NCBI GenBank assembly: GCA_047967505.1
Contig: CM106538.1
Source: Dipteris shenzhenensis
Taxonomy: Eukaryota
Reading direction: 5' to 3' (one strand)
DNA: 64,000 nt
Shown here in pieces: positions 53,401-64,000 of this stretch. The notes beneath the pieces were generated by a model that worked only from the letters and a program-made list of their open reading frames with translations, was not told where the DNA came from and did not search any database. Within the stretch, counting starts at the first letter, position 1; each line of letters starts with the position of its first letter. A program made the translations under genes and the position numbers.

Positions 53401-53617
53401 GGACATGTGAGTGCGTGGCGGGCTGCATATGCATAGGCTGCTGCTCCGGCTGAGGCATGAGCTGTTGCATGGGTTGCTGAGGCATAAGCGGCTGCATGGG
53501 TTGGGGCATCATGACCCACTGCTGCTGGTCGGCAGCGGGGACGGCGGGGGGTCCAACTCCTGTAAGGGGCGGTCCAACGCCAGCTCCGGGATGTCCAACG
53601 CCGGCTAAGGGCTGCAT
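34728..53617 (-). CDS. RBP45/47: RBP45/RBP47-family polyadenylate/RNA-binding protein (Q/P-rich N-terminus, 3 RRMs, G/Y/Q-rich C-terminus); join(complement 53303..53617, 48893..49373, 47369..47445, 47027..47157, 35020..35116, 34728..34904), 425 aa
   Basis: The exons join in frame with canonical GT-AG sites (315+481+77+131+97+177=1278 nt). Family motifs: [79 protein letters not shown]-terminal QQVS. Confidence 0.93.
35020..35116 (-). CDS. RBP45/47: RBP45/47 exon 5 (C-terminal part of RRM3)
   Basis: Acceptor tgcag|G; (R)[32 protein letters not shown]; donor CAG|gtggga. Phase matches exon 4 across an 11,910-nt intron. Confidence 0.92.
35200..35715 (+). mobile_element. Possible 3' portion of a non-LTR (RTE-like) element
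   Basis: GC-richer, coding-like island with overlapping ORFs inside the intron, ending in short ATGA(T)CAC repeats. The family assignment is an inference. Confidence 0.3.
35907..35952. repeat. (TC)n microsatellite
   Basis: Directly visible. Confidence 0.98.
35953..36330 (+). mobile_element. RTE-clade LINE RT fragment in intron 4
   Basis: [16 protein letters not shown](AD)DIVL (degenerate YADD), [20 protein letters not shown]. Confidence 0.7.
36416..37003. repeat. Intronic dispersed repeat, copy A (one ~549-bp unit plus ~38-bp terminal redundancy)
   Basis: ATATACCTAGATGA..CCCAAACT occurs at 36416 and again at 36965. Aligns by eye with 45979-46591 and 52117-52506. Confidence 0.92.
37162..37207. 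repeat. (TC)n microsatellite
   Basis: Directly visible. Confidence 0.98.
37674..38087 (-). repeat. 3' LTR of the intronic chromovirus (414 bp)
   Basis: Direct repeat of 44622-45012; adjacent to the polypurine tract AGTGGGAGGGGA (minus strand). Confidence 0.95.
38144..42632 (-). pseudogene. Gypsy gag-pol with stops and frameshifts (gag, aspartic protease, RT, RNase H, integrase, chromodomain)
   Basis: ORF fragments: TAFLWWQRR (gag), [11 protein letters not shown] (zinc knuckle), ILIDSGCSH (protease), [13 protein letters not shown] and IVYLVDIL (RT), VTTDTSD..YDKE (RNase H), YWPQMK and RYYGPF (integrase), [18 protein letters not shown] (chromodomain). Confidence 0.92.
44622..45012 (-). repeat. 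5' LTR of the intronic chromovirus (391 bp)
   Basis: Direct repeat of 37674-38087; followed on the minus strand by the tRNA-iMet PBS. Confidence 0.95.
45190..45978 (-). mobile_element. Possible Copia LTR and leader remnant
   Basis: TGTTAGAAAATACCC..ACACGCAGCGGAA at ~45577 resembles the PBS-proximal end of Copia LTRs. No intact PBS and no partner LTR. Confidence 0.3.
45979..46591. repeat. Intronic dispersed repeat, copy B (one ~530-bp unit plus ~70-bp redundancy, different permutation)
   Basis: CACGATAGTCACTCATAAGATTGAAAACC..CTACTATGACA occurs at 45993 and again at 46522. Confidence 0.92.
47027..47157 (-). CDS. RBP45/47: RBP45/47 exon 4 (N-terminal part of RRM3)
   Basis: Acceptor tccag|[46 protein letters not shown]; donor CAG|gtaatt; phase 2. 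Confidence 0.93.
47369..47445 (-). CDS. RBP45/47: RBP45/47 exon 3 (RRM2-RRM3 linker)
   Basis: Acceptor tgcag|CC; (A)[25 protein letters not shown]; donor ACT|gtaagg. Confidence 0.9.
48893..49373 (-). CDS. RBP45/47: RBP45/47 exon 2 (end of RRM1 and RRM2)
   Basis: Acceptor tgtag|[15 protein letters not shown]...[14 protein letters not shown]...YSAK; donor AAAG|gtactg; phase 1. Confidence 0.95.
49645..49708. repeat. (CT)n microsatellite
   Basis: Directly visible. Confidence 0.97.
50318..50455. repeat. Compound (AAG)n/(AG)n/(GGA)n microsatellite
   Basis: Directly visible. Confidence 0.97.
50840..51050. repeat. ~100-110-bp tandem duplication in intron 1
   Basis: GGAGTGGATGCCCAC.TTAATGGCTTCATTATTCAG...TCTCATGGATCTTTTGGTCTCCT.CAGATTA.AATAGACT occurs twice. 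Confidence 0.92.
51072..51245 (+). mobile_element. RTE-clade LINE RT fragment in intron 1
   Basis: [43 protein letters not shown], typical of RT domains 6-7 of RTE elements. Confidence 0.75.
52117..52506. repeat. Intronic dispersed repeat, copy C (partial, ~390 bp)
   Basis: Starts at the same ATATACCTAGATGA as copy A and ends at CTGCTTGTGAAG. Confidence 0.92.
53303..53617 (-). CDS. RBP45/47: RBP45/47 exon 1 (ATG, Q/P/M-rich low-complexity region, start of RRM1)
   Basis: [10 protein letters not shown]...[29 protein letters not shown], then donor GAA|gtaagt; phase 0. Confidence 0.9.
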
Positions 53618-53880
53618 CGTGTTGGCCAATCTCAAGGAAGGGAGGGCAGAAGAGGAGGCAAAAGAAAAAAGATGAGGAAATGAGAAAGCTACTGAATTTG
53701 ATCGAGGTGATAGCTATGGCGATGGCGATGGCGATACAGAGATGCAGAGCAATAAGAAGAAGAAAACGAAGAAAAAAGAAGCCGACGAAGAAGATAATAA
53801 AACACAGGAAATTTCACACTCCAGCCCTACTATTTCTGCTCCCCCTCACCGTCCGATTCCCCGTTCCTCCACGTGTCTCG
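53618..53880 (-). promoter_or_regulatory. Putative 5' UTR/proximal promoter of RBP45/47: pyrimidine-rich leader and a G-box/ABRE-like CACGTG at 53870-53875
   Basis: CT/CTT-rich sequence on the minus strand directly upstream of the ATG, plus the motif CCACGTGTC. The TSS cannot be determined from sequence alone. Confidence 0.4.
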
Positions 53881-54399
53881 CATCTCACGGTTTCCGATCT
53901 ATGATTCTCCTCCTCACAGGGCATTCCCACGCCCTTGAAAATGTCTCTTAGACCCTATTTTTCGTTCGCCTGCTTGCTCCAACACACCACCTTGAAAATT
54001 AGCCATCCCGACATTCGCGACCATTGATCCACGAGTGCAACACATCTCCGCTAACATTGGGTGTTTTGCTGATGTTGAGCGGGCATATCGGAGCTTAGAA
54101 GTTCGGCTACCAATGTGATCATTCCAATGAGCCTGACACCAGGTCAGAGACTGTGGAGATTGGGGAGAAGACCAACCAAGATGAGCTCTCAAGACACAGG
54201 GGAATAGTGTCCTTGTATGTAAGGGTGACAAGAATGAGAGGACACATTTTCCGTCTTTGAGCTCCGCAATCTGTACCACCAGTTTAGAGCGTTGAGAGAG
54301 AGGAATTGTGCCTTAAAACAACGAACAAACGGGGGTATATTGCTTTGTACGGCTTTGAGGCAAGATGATTCTAACACAATATAGCCATTTCTTTTGGGC

Positions 54400-57050
54400 A
54401 GGATGGCTCTAATGCAAGGAAGGTAGGCCCCTAAGGGAGGTCCAATGGGATCCGAGAGAGTGGTTTTGGCCTTCCAGGATCGACCTCACCGAGTAGGTGG
54501 ACAAGAAGCCCTTCTTTTCCTATACCACTCAGATTGGCAGGAGGCTTCAGATGGACTCTTCGACTTGGACCCCTTCGAGGGAGAGGCATTGGGTGGCCCA
54601 GAGTGTGCCCCAAGGAGGTCCGTTCCAGGTTTTGGACACGTCTATGGTCCAGTTTCCGACCAAGGAAGATCTACTTCTTTTGGCTAGCCACCACAGAGGC
54701 TTGCCCATAGGCCCGTTGTCGGAGTAGATGCGGGTGGAGGGGCACTGTCACTGCTACTCTGCAGGAGTTTTGGAGACGATCCCTCATATCGCAGTGAGGA
54801 TCTGGATGGGAGCCCTCAGGATTATGACCCGCATGCAAAGCCTTCAGACGGACTACACCTGGGGGACCTGATATGCTGATCACAATGGAGTTGGTTGCAA
54901 ACATATTGAAATTGCCACTGAATCCAGGAGCTCCAATTAAAGCACCATATTGGTACCTTGACACGGGTATGATAAAGAAATTCGGATCTCCTGCTCACTC
55001 AAAAGGATATTTTTTGGTAAAGCATGCCTTGAGTGTACAAAAATGTGCACAATGTCATTGGTTTCTGGAGCAAGTTCTACTCTTGACAAAATACGGTTAC
55101 ATCTTGAAGGATAACTATGCACTCATGCATTACATGGAGATGGGTAATCCAGTGAATTGGGCCGCAGTGTTCCTTCAGCACATCATGAAGGATAACTATG
55201 CACTCATGCATTACATGGAGATGGGTAATCCAGTGAATTGGGCCACAGTGTTCCTTCAGCACATCATGAAGGATAACTATGCACTCATGCATTGCATGGA
55301 GATGGGTAATCCAGTGAATTGGGCCGCAATGTTCCTTCAGCACATCATGAGAGAGATCACATAGAAGGATAAAAGAAGAAGTGACGTGCACGACAAGCTC
55401 AAGTCAACTTTGTTTGCAATATTTGAGAGTATTCTCTGTGCACCTCAACCTTGACAATGTATTCCACTTTCTTCAAACAAAATCAAGAGGAATGCCGTCC
55501 AACAGTCTAAGGAGTTCCCCAAAGTGAGACTATATGGAAACTATTAGCAACAAGGTATACTCAAGAGGAAATTAATGTGGCAATTATAGATAAAAAGAAG
55601 GGTCTGCATCATGAACCTTTGACATTGCAACAACTAAAAATAGGGGAAAAGGTGAATGATGTTGATACAAAGAGTGCTAGAATAGTCAAAGTGAAGCCTG
55701 CATCTTGTTAGCCAGCACCTAAAGATCCCAAAGAGGCCAAGGAGGTTCAGCCCAAGGAGCCTAAATCAATCAAAACATTGGGCGAAGGAAGTATCCAACT
55801 AGTACCTATACAAATATCTCAACCTAGGGATCAATCCCATAAGCCCACAGCCTAGATCACCACAAGAAGATGATGACGTCGGAGTGCAAGTAGAAGATCA
55901 AGATGATGATGAGATTCCAAAAAATATAGAAACAATCACTTTTGATGAAGCTGCTCGTAGCAGTAGACATGCATAAGATATTTGAGGAACGGAACAAGGA
56001 TAGTGACATCTTGTCCCATTATAATGAATGTTTAAAGGAGGATTTGGAGTTTGCAGCCAGTAAGTCATGGAAGAGCAGCTCATAGAACAAATATATGAAT
56101 GGGAGAAATTGGTCATGCAATTGAAGGAAAGGGTACAACCAAAAGCCAAATCGAAAGGAAAATTAGAAGGCTGGTCTACTTATATCAAGAAAAGCTTCTT
56201 AGTGGAGATGCAATAGTTGGCCTATAAAAATAATTAGCTGATGATGATTGAGAATGTGGTTCAAGGGAGAAGTTAACATGCTTGAATCATGTGAAATAAA
56301 AACTAAAATCTATGGTGGATGAGTAGTCAGTGGACATTCCAGGGACCTTTATGTCTAATACAAAGCCGACAAAGTTGCAGAACAGATTAGTAAAGTACAT
56401 GACTGATTTGTTGGCCCAAATTCAAAATTGAGTACTTCCCTTATAGAGCCAACATGTGGAGGCACTGGATCAACAAATGGAAGGCATTGCTAAATTCCTA
56501 TTGCAAAATGAAATACAAGAGTTGCAAAAAGAAGTATATGCACTAAAGTCTAAACTTGCAATAGTTGAAAGCTTGCAATAGACTGGATCATTATTCAAAG
56601 ATAGTTCACAGTAGGTGGGACCAAAAGAACCAGAAAGATCATCTATCAGATTTGCTTCCCCATTGAAAGCATTCACAGCATTTTCTTTGGATGTTCTGAA
56701 AAATGTTTTAATTATTAAGGATGCATTAGAGAAGCTACAAACTGTGGCAATAGATTGTATAGCAAACACAAGGATGTTGCAGATAATTTGATGATGATAC
56801 AGAAACTACAAGCGTAGTAGGGAAGACTTTGGATGTGCTAATAGAGACAAATGTTGGGGATGTTGAGGTCACTTGGGCTGTGGATGACAGAGCCATAATT
56901 GACATAGTGCAGAAGCTAGTGATGCAACTAGTAGACTATAGATTTTGACATCAAGGCAGACAAATTTCCAAAGCAAGTACAGTTCCTGAGGAAGAAGATA
57001 CCATAAAGTGCAATCTACTAAAGTTATTCCAACCGTCCCTATGAAAGAAA
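54400..57050 (+). mobile_element. Decayed retrotransposon accessory ORF region (VNWA-motif protein plus coiled-coil-like tail)
   Basis: ORF 54873..55364 (ITMELVANILKLP..GNPVNWAAVF) is followed by stop-riddled, A-rich coding-like sequence, and a Gypsy integrase remnant lies nearby. The assignment is an inference. Confidence 0.4.
55099..55350 (+). repeat. 81-bp tandem triplication (27-aa unit KDNYALMHYMEMGNPVNWAAVFLQHIM)
   Basis: GAAGGATAACTATGCAC at 55106, 55187 and 55268; only 1-2 substitutions per copy relative to copy 1. Confidence 0.97.
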
Positions 57051-57539
57051 CTAATCAATCTTGAAAGGTGAAATTTTATTTTGAGTTTTTCATATATACT
57101 TAATTTTCATTTGCATTAATATTTTTAACCCTGGCATCATTTTGTTCATAAGTCTTTGCTTAAGGGTGTGGCTGATAACTATGTATGTGTTATCACTGTA
57201 TCTCCCAAGTGCAGGTTTTGAGGGTGTTGGTCACCTACAGTCGTGTTATTGCTCGTTGTAGCATAGGTGTTCGCAAGTATAGCATAGGTCCTCGGGGTTG
57301 TATTCCAGTGAGAGGTATATGCTAAAGCGTGGAAAGCAGATCTCATGTGAGCATGGCTGAGAAAGAGGACTTGATCATGCCTTCATGGGAGTTCAAGGGT
57401 TTAGAAGGGGATTTCAGGGTTCGAAAAGGGGACAGGGTTGAGAGAGCTATTGAGGAGTTCCAGGCTTAAGAGAGGATTGCAGGGTTTAGGAGGAGTCCGA
57501 GGTTGAGGAGTGGAGAGCGTCTGCTTCGCAGATTCAAGG

Positions 57540-57830
57540 GGTAAGGGTTGAGGAGGAGGGACAAGGAAGGAGCAGGAAGAGGGAGGAGGGTGGAGGAGGA
57601 GGAGGAAGAGGGAGGAGGGAGGAGGAGGGAGGAGGAGGAGGGTGGAGGAGGAGGAGGGAGGAGGAGGGTGGAGGGAGGAGGAGGGTGGAGGAGGAAGGTG
57701 GAGGAAGAGGGAGGAGGGAGGAGGAGGCGAAAGAAGAGGGAGGAGGGAGGAGGGAGGAAGGAGGGAGGAGGAGGGAGGAAGGAGGAGGAGGGAGGAGGAG
57801 GGAGAGGGAGTACAAGGGTATGGAGTATAA
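57540..57830. repeat. Polypurine (GGA/GGGA)n low-complexity tract
   Basis: About 280 bp of almost exclusively G and A. Confidence 0.95.
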
Positions 57831-58026
57831 GGGTAAGGGCATGCTAGAACACGATAGTGTAAGAGAGCACGGACGTAATGGACATCAATCACGTGAACAC
57901 AACAGTGAGCTTGAACACTGAACCCCAAAGAGTGGGAGCTTCATTCCATTGAGAGTTATTTATACATGGTGGTCTCTATATAATCCTTTTGTAGGAGACC
58001 TTTTGGACAAGAGTCCCTTCACTTTT

Positions 58027-58108
58027 GGGGGGGACCTTTTGGGTCTCTACATAGAGTGGGGGGACCTTTGAGTCTCTACACAAAGTGGGGGCGACCTTTG
58101 AGTCTCTA
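58027..58108. repeat. ~30-bp minisatellite (GGGGGACCTTTGAGTCTCTACACAAAGT, about 3 copies)
   Basis: Directly visible tandem copies. Confidence 0.85.
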
Positions 58109-58689
58109 CACAAAGTGGAAGGACCTCAAAAAGTGTAGGCTTTTGGTATTTCTCTCTCTAGATTTAGTTTCTCTCTCTAGATCCTGATTTTGCAAGTATG
58201 ATTGGATCTTTTCTAGAGAGGATTTTGGCTATCCTCATCCTTTAAGATTCATCATACCATCTTTCAGGCTCAATATATTACAAGCGGAGCTTTGCTGCTA
58301 CTCTACACACACAATGCTCTCATCATTGCTATTCTATTATTTTCACCTATCATTTTGAGTTTTGAAATGAGAGAGAGAAAATGATTATCTATTTAGTTGA
58401 TGCTTGAGTGACCCATGAGTAATTTGAGAGAAGAATATGACCAACTGAGTCTTGCATTTGCAACCCAAACCAATCCAATTTTACAAAGCACACCTTGTTC
58501 AAACAGAACGTTAAAGCATTGAGCCCCGATAACAACAACCTTGAATCTAACTCCTTTTAGAATGGCATTTGGATTGGCGGTGATGTTGCCTATTTTTTGG
58601 TCCCAAGTCTTCGAGTGACAGTAGAGCAACGGCTTGGGGAATTTAAGGCAATCAAGAGGCAATTGCACTAGCTCGTTGACCTGATGAGC

Positions 58690-58960
58690 TTACAGCCTAG
58701 CTACAGCAAGTAATTAAAAGAAGAAGGAAAGCTTGGCATGATAGGCACATCATTCATAAGAAATTGAAGAAACGCATGCTTGTCCTATTGTATAATACCA
58801 AGTTGGGTCTTCTTAAGCCCAACTTGAAGCTTGGATGGAATGGACCCATACAAGCTTATTGAAGTATTCGATAATGGGATGTTGTAATTGGCCGAATTTT
58901 TAAGGACAAGTCATCTGTAAGATCTTCAATGGCAGCTAAGTAAAACCCTACCAAGCCAGG
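58690..58960 (+). mobile_element. Gypsy integrase C-terminal (GPY/F) remnant
   Basis: W-N-GPI..VFDNG-like motif (tggaatggaccc..gtattcgataatggg) and ..NG..VKPY. Confidence 0.5.
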
Positions 58961-59744
58961 TTTTGCCTGGTCATAGTAGCCAAAGCCTGCATGCCCATGC
59001 CTTAATGAGACGAATTAATTAGGGGAGACTATGGTGGCAAGATGCAAATCACACACTCCAAAGCACCACATGCAACATTGATAATGGCAACGTGAGTTCC
59101 AAGATAGCCCATAAACCGTGCATATTCAAAGGAGCAATCAACATTCATTGACTCACACTTTTTGGGACTTTCTTTGTCTCCCTAAGGCCTAAACACAATT
59201 ATTCATCCATCTTCCCTTGTGCCCTTATCTCTTGCTTTGTCATTTCCATCACCAATACAGCTCCCTCTCGTACCTCAACAAAGTTTTTCTCCTTCACCAT
59301 GGCTATGTCTAATTCTCCTAACTCCCTTTGCAAGTAGCTTGATGTCCAATAGATGGGACCTCTAATCACAAGTCGTGTCTACGCTCTGTGCCTCCACACC
59401 TGATGGATTTGATTCTGGATATGAGGAAGTCATTTGGGAAGCAAAATCATATTTACGAATTTGTGAAGCTCCCATGGACGGAGGTGTATGATACAACTAT
59501 CACTAACGACGTGATGGAGAGCTGCCCCCTTGCAAATAGGACTATCCTCACCACCAGGCACCCAGAATGGGTGGGATTCCTAGATGTATTATGCTTTGAC
59601 AAATCAAGGTTGCCTCCTAAAAAGCTACAAGAAATTTGATGAGCACTTCAAAACAAGGAGGCACACCCCTTCTTGTCCTTCATCATGTAGTGAAGCATTG
59701 GGTACCTCCCCACATGCTACAAAGGACCCATCTCAACTTTCTCT

Positions 59745-60922
59745 TCGGGGTTTAGAGCCCTATACCATTGAGGTGCCTTGCATCTAGTCCCAGCCCAAAT
59801 GCATTGACCTTATCCAATTCTCCAACATCCCCAAAGGTTTTGTAGATCTGATCAATTCTCTCTACATGGGACACTGGATCTCCTTCTCCTAAGAATTTAG
59901 TGATGAATTTGGAGATGGTTACATGCTTACTCCTCGAGGAGTTGGTATCCCTCCCAAGGAAGGTTGGTGGCATGGCCCCCTTCCTAGTGATTGCATTAGG
60001 ATCCTCATGGCTTCATCTATAAGTGGCACAGGAGGATTCACTAGTGGTGGGTAGCACACTGCCCCATAACTGGGTTGTCCTTGAGGAGTTATAAAAGGTT
60101 GTGGGTCAAACAAAAGTGGGATTGGTGGTTCCTGACCCACTAGGTCTTGGGACTAGTATATGGGGCCAACTTGGTTGTACCAGCTACATTGGTGGTGGCT
60201 TAGGCATAGGCACACTTAGGCTGGGAAAAGCTCTCTATAGGGAGCAACCGCCAGATAGGGAGTACTATCTAAGCTGCTTTCCCAATTTGGATACAATGGG
60301 GGTCGAGAATCTAAGACTTTGGGTAATGTGTCCTCCTTGGATTCAATCTGCTCATTCATTTGTGCCATGGGATTTTGTGATTGATAGATGCTTGGCATCC
60401 TTGGCTCAAAGGTGTCACTAAATGAGGGTCCTCCTTCATATGAAGTGCACATGCAGTGTTGTAAAACTCACTGATACGGTGAAAATTGGTGCACTTTGCA
60501 TAGCCTCTGCTATGGTTGATTGGGGTGGGCTCTACGGCTCCTTTGGCACTCAGTTTTGCCTGGAAAATGGGTTCACCATGTCAGGGTCAGAGTGCCCAAA
60601 CTCTCCATCATGTTGGAAAATTTTTCTCGAAGCGAAGAAGCTATGGTAGAAGGAGTGGGGGAATGGGGTCAAACTAAACTAGAGTTGGGAGCCATGGAGG
60701 CCCCAAGATTTGGGTTTTCACCTATTTCTTTGTTAAAACTCATGGAATCTTCTGAGCTTGAGATATGGGCTTGGGATGGCCCGTGTACGAAGTGGGAGTT
60801 TAGTGTTGAATACCTGAATTAAATTGATGCTAGGCTGGGCACTTGGCTGAATGGATGTTATTGGAAGTGCTATCTTCCAGTTCAGGTTCAGATGCAGCCA
60901 CCCTTCCAAACCTTAAGTGCAT
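59745..60922 (-). mobile_element. Gypsy gag N-terminal remnant, truncated
   Basis: MHLRFGR-type start at ~60922, a proline-rich region, then KFLGEGDPVSHVERIDQIYKTFG (retrotransposon gag-like). Confidence 0.6.
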
Positions 60923-60995
60923 GTAGGTGGGTCAAGTTAGGTGGACACCTGGCCACCTCAATCAAGTCAAATAGTGCCATTGCTAATCAACTGGC

Positions 60996-61685
60996 TAACC
61001 CAATGTGCACTAAGTTACTAACCCAACATGCACTGGGTTAATAATTCAGCGTGCATTGGGTTATTGTTAATTCTATTTGGTTACTATTTTTGGTAGTTTT
61101 AGGATCCAAATGGAAATTTTTAGTGCTTGTAACATGGTTCTGGAATCATATGTGTATTATAGTCCTTCAAAGGTGCCCAAATTTATAATTTTCCCTTAGT
61201 CCCTCAAAGGTGCCCAAATTTGTAATTTTCTCTTAGTTTAAACAATTCACAATTTTACACCTTTTATCAAATTTTGGAGTTTTAGTTCAGTGATTCTGAG
61301 TGGTTGGTGAACATTTTGTGGATAATGGATCACTTAATGATCCGAAAGACAACCTTCTGTTCAAATCCAACACTTATTGTGATGATGACTAGTTAACCTA
61401 GTGTGCACTAGGTTAAAGTTAATATAGCATGTGCTAGGTTACTAACCCAGTGTACACTAGTTAATAACTCAATGTGCATTTGGTTAAGGGTTGTGGATCA
61501 GATTGGTGCATTAAATATTCCAACAGATAGATCTTGTCAGTGTTAGTCTGTGTCAGAGTGTCAGTTTTGCTAACCCAACCAACTAACATAGCATGGTCAA
61601 TGACGACTAACCCAGAGTGCCAATTAATTCAACGTATGTTGGGCTATAATTCAATGTACACCAAGTTAAGATTAACCTAGTGTCT
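60996..61685. repeat. Clusters of a ~22-bp palindromic motif TAACCYAGTGTGCACTRGGTTA
   Basis: Copies at 60996, 61019, 61042, 61394, 61420, 61443, 61465, and degenerate copies at ~61607-61685. Confidence 0.85.
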
Positions 61686-62699
61686 CTTCCCTATACGATA
61701 TTGCCTTAAGGAAATTTCATAAATTTATGAGCTTCTATGGCTTTTGTGGAGTGCCTGGAGTGCTTGAGGACTACTTTTTTACATGCTCTACCTACTTACA
61801 AAGATGAAGTGATAGTAAATAACAAAGAACAAGCAAGTGTGGAGAAAAATAGTGTGTTAAGAGGATTGTTTATCATTTCCAATACCTTGAAACACACATT
61901 CAATCATCGCTTTTCAACTTTTTCGTAAGGATTGGATAGCATACAAGGTTTAGCAATGATATTCTCTACCGTTTCCTAGATTTGTACACCTTGAAACCTC
62001 AAAAAGCATTTACAACTAACTCAAAAAGACTACGTACCTCTCTTCTCACTCACTTTTTCTTAGCTCATACCTCCCTCAAACAGCAAAACCAACTACTTCT
62101 CATTTAGCTACCACGTGTTGGGAAATGGGAGATAATGGAAGAAGCACATGCAAGCAAAAGCATACCTCTAACTCCTCAGCAATGGCATAAAAAATGTAAA
62201 GTCTCCAGGGTGACTCACATTTCATGGGGATCTTAGAGATGTGTCGATGGAGCCTCCTACTCAAAGATACTCCTTGTGGGAGCTATACAAGCATGTATGG
62301 GCCATTGGTGTCACCCAAATGGCCTCTAGAGTTGTTGCAATGTGAATCCTCATGAGAATAAGGGGAAGAAGAGAGGGGAGAAGGGAGAGGAAAAGGGAGA
62401 GGGGATGTGAAGTAGCAGGTAAGAGAGGGGAAGGTGGATGAGAGGCATTCACAAAGGGAAGAGACAAGAGAAACATAAGACATGGAAAAGAAGAGTGCAC
62501 TGTAGACCAAAGCTTGACTTTTGGCCTTTTATACAAGTCATCATTTGAAGGGAGGGCCAAGCCTATGCTCTCACTCCCTTCCTACCTTTTCTACTCTCTT
62601 GTTCCTCATTTTATAATTCTCTTGGGCCACTACTTGTCCAAGGCAACTTCTAACAAAACTCATGAGTGCATTGTGCATATTTACAAAAGTTCACAGGAA

Positions 62700-64000
62700 G
62701 GCGCAAAATGTAGCAATGTTAGCCCATGTGGTTAACAAGGGGTGTTCTTCTTGGACACATAATCTCGATATAAGGGATAGCAATGGATATGAGGAAGATT
62801 GCAGCCATCCAGGAAGCAAAGGCACCACAGAATACAAAAGAGATCATGACGTTTATTGGTCTAGTGAAATGGCACAAAAGATTCTTAATATATCTTTCAT
62901 ACATCTATTAGTTGCTCACACAACTAGTAAAGACAAATGATCAGTTCATTTGGCGGGCGGAGCGAGAAAGAGCATTCCAACTATTAAAGAAAATGTTGGT
63001 CATAGCATCAATCTTAGTTCCACCAGATTGCAATTTGGAGTTTCATGTGTTTATGGATGCACCGAGATTGCAATCTAGGTAGTCACATAGGTCTATGCAA
63101 GTCAAATGTTGCCACTAGTCTAGCGAAATTACACAATCATGGAAAGAGAATGCTTGGGGATGATTTATGCACTCTATAAATTCCAACATCACCTCTTGGA
63201 AAACCAAGTGGTATTCCATTTCTATCATTAGCTCTATTGTACATGCTGAATAATCAGTAGCACTCAAGAAGGCTAGCGTGCTAGATACTATTGCTACAAG
63301 AGTTCCAATACATAATAGTGCATACACTCAAAAAGTGCTCCTAGTAGCAGATTACTTAAGTAGATTAGTGTCTGGAGAAAGTTCGATTATAGGGTGTTCC
63401 AAATGATTTGCTAGATGCCCTATTATTTGAAGTGGAAGCTATTCAAGCATTGGATTGATGCTACAATTCTTGACAGATAGAGTATGTCTAGAAACAATGA
63501 CAAAAGATCAAAATCATAGATTGGCACTAAAAAGCAAGCCCTTTCTACTAATTTGCAAGAGCAATTTATAGGCACAAAATTGGTTAGATCATTTGGAGTT
63601 GTGTTCTTGACCATGGGCAACAAGCCGTGTTGTAGGAATCCCTTTAGGGGGGTATCCAAGGGACACCTTTTCGGCAAAATAAGAGCATGAAAGTTTTTTC
63701 GGGCAGTGTTGTAGTGGTTGACGACAATCAAAATCACACATTAGTTTGCAAAGAAATGTTGGTACTATTGGAGGGAAGGATAGCCAAGACATTCCAATTG
63801 GATTCCATTGAACCCATTATTTCCTCTAGATCTATTCCAAAAATAGGGGTTGGATTTTGTGGGTCCATTCAAGCTAGCAACTAGGTATACCGAAAAATAC
63901 ATTTTAGTAGCCATGGACTACTATACCAAACGGGTAGAGGCATAGGCACTGAGAGATAACTCCACCAACAACAAACTTCCTGTATCAAAGTAGCATTACC
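62700..64000 (+). mobile_element. Decayed Gypsy pol (end of RT, RNase H, integrase); runs off the window
   Basis: EFHVFMDA, ERECLGMIYALYKFQHHL, GF.GSIQA..KYILVAMDYYTKRVEA. Confidence 0.8.

Noticed and set aside
57401-57928. Pro/Ser/Leu-rich or Glu/Gly/Arg-rich ORFs (extensin-like)
   Set aside because: Translation artefacts of a GGA microsatellite that is open in many frames.
60996-61685. CRISPR-like palindromic repeat array
   Set aside because: The repeats abut without unique spacers, there are no cas genes, and the context is eukaryotic.

Overview
Repeat-rich eukaryotic nuclear DNA from a land plant. The long TE-filled introns and the TE families present suggest a large-genome fern-like lineage, which is an inference. 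There is one intact host gene: a minus-strand, six-exon RBP45/RBP47-family triple-RRM RNA-binding protein (CDS 53617->34728, 425 aa, all GT-AG introns reconstructed in frame). Its 11.9-kb intron 4 holds a complete sense-oriented Ty3/Gypsy chromovirus (two LTRs, PBS, PPT, CAAAC target-site duplication) and RTE-LINE fragments. The rest of the window is nested, decayed transposons: a Copia element with an internally deleted chromovirus in its leader, further Gypsy remnants, a MULE/SWIM-type transposase, an L1-type LINE, and micro- and minisatellites. The most unusual signals are (i) a ~530-550-bp circularly permuted repeat seen only inside the gene's introns, carrying a hammerhead-ribozyme-like topology; (ii) a hairpin-dense candidate poison exon just after exon 4; (iii) a splice donor immediately upstream of the stop codon; and (iv) an extra ORF upstream of gag in the intronic chromovirus. 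All alignments and folds were done by eye.
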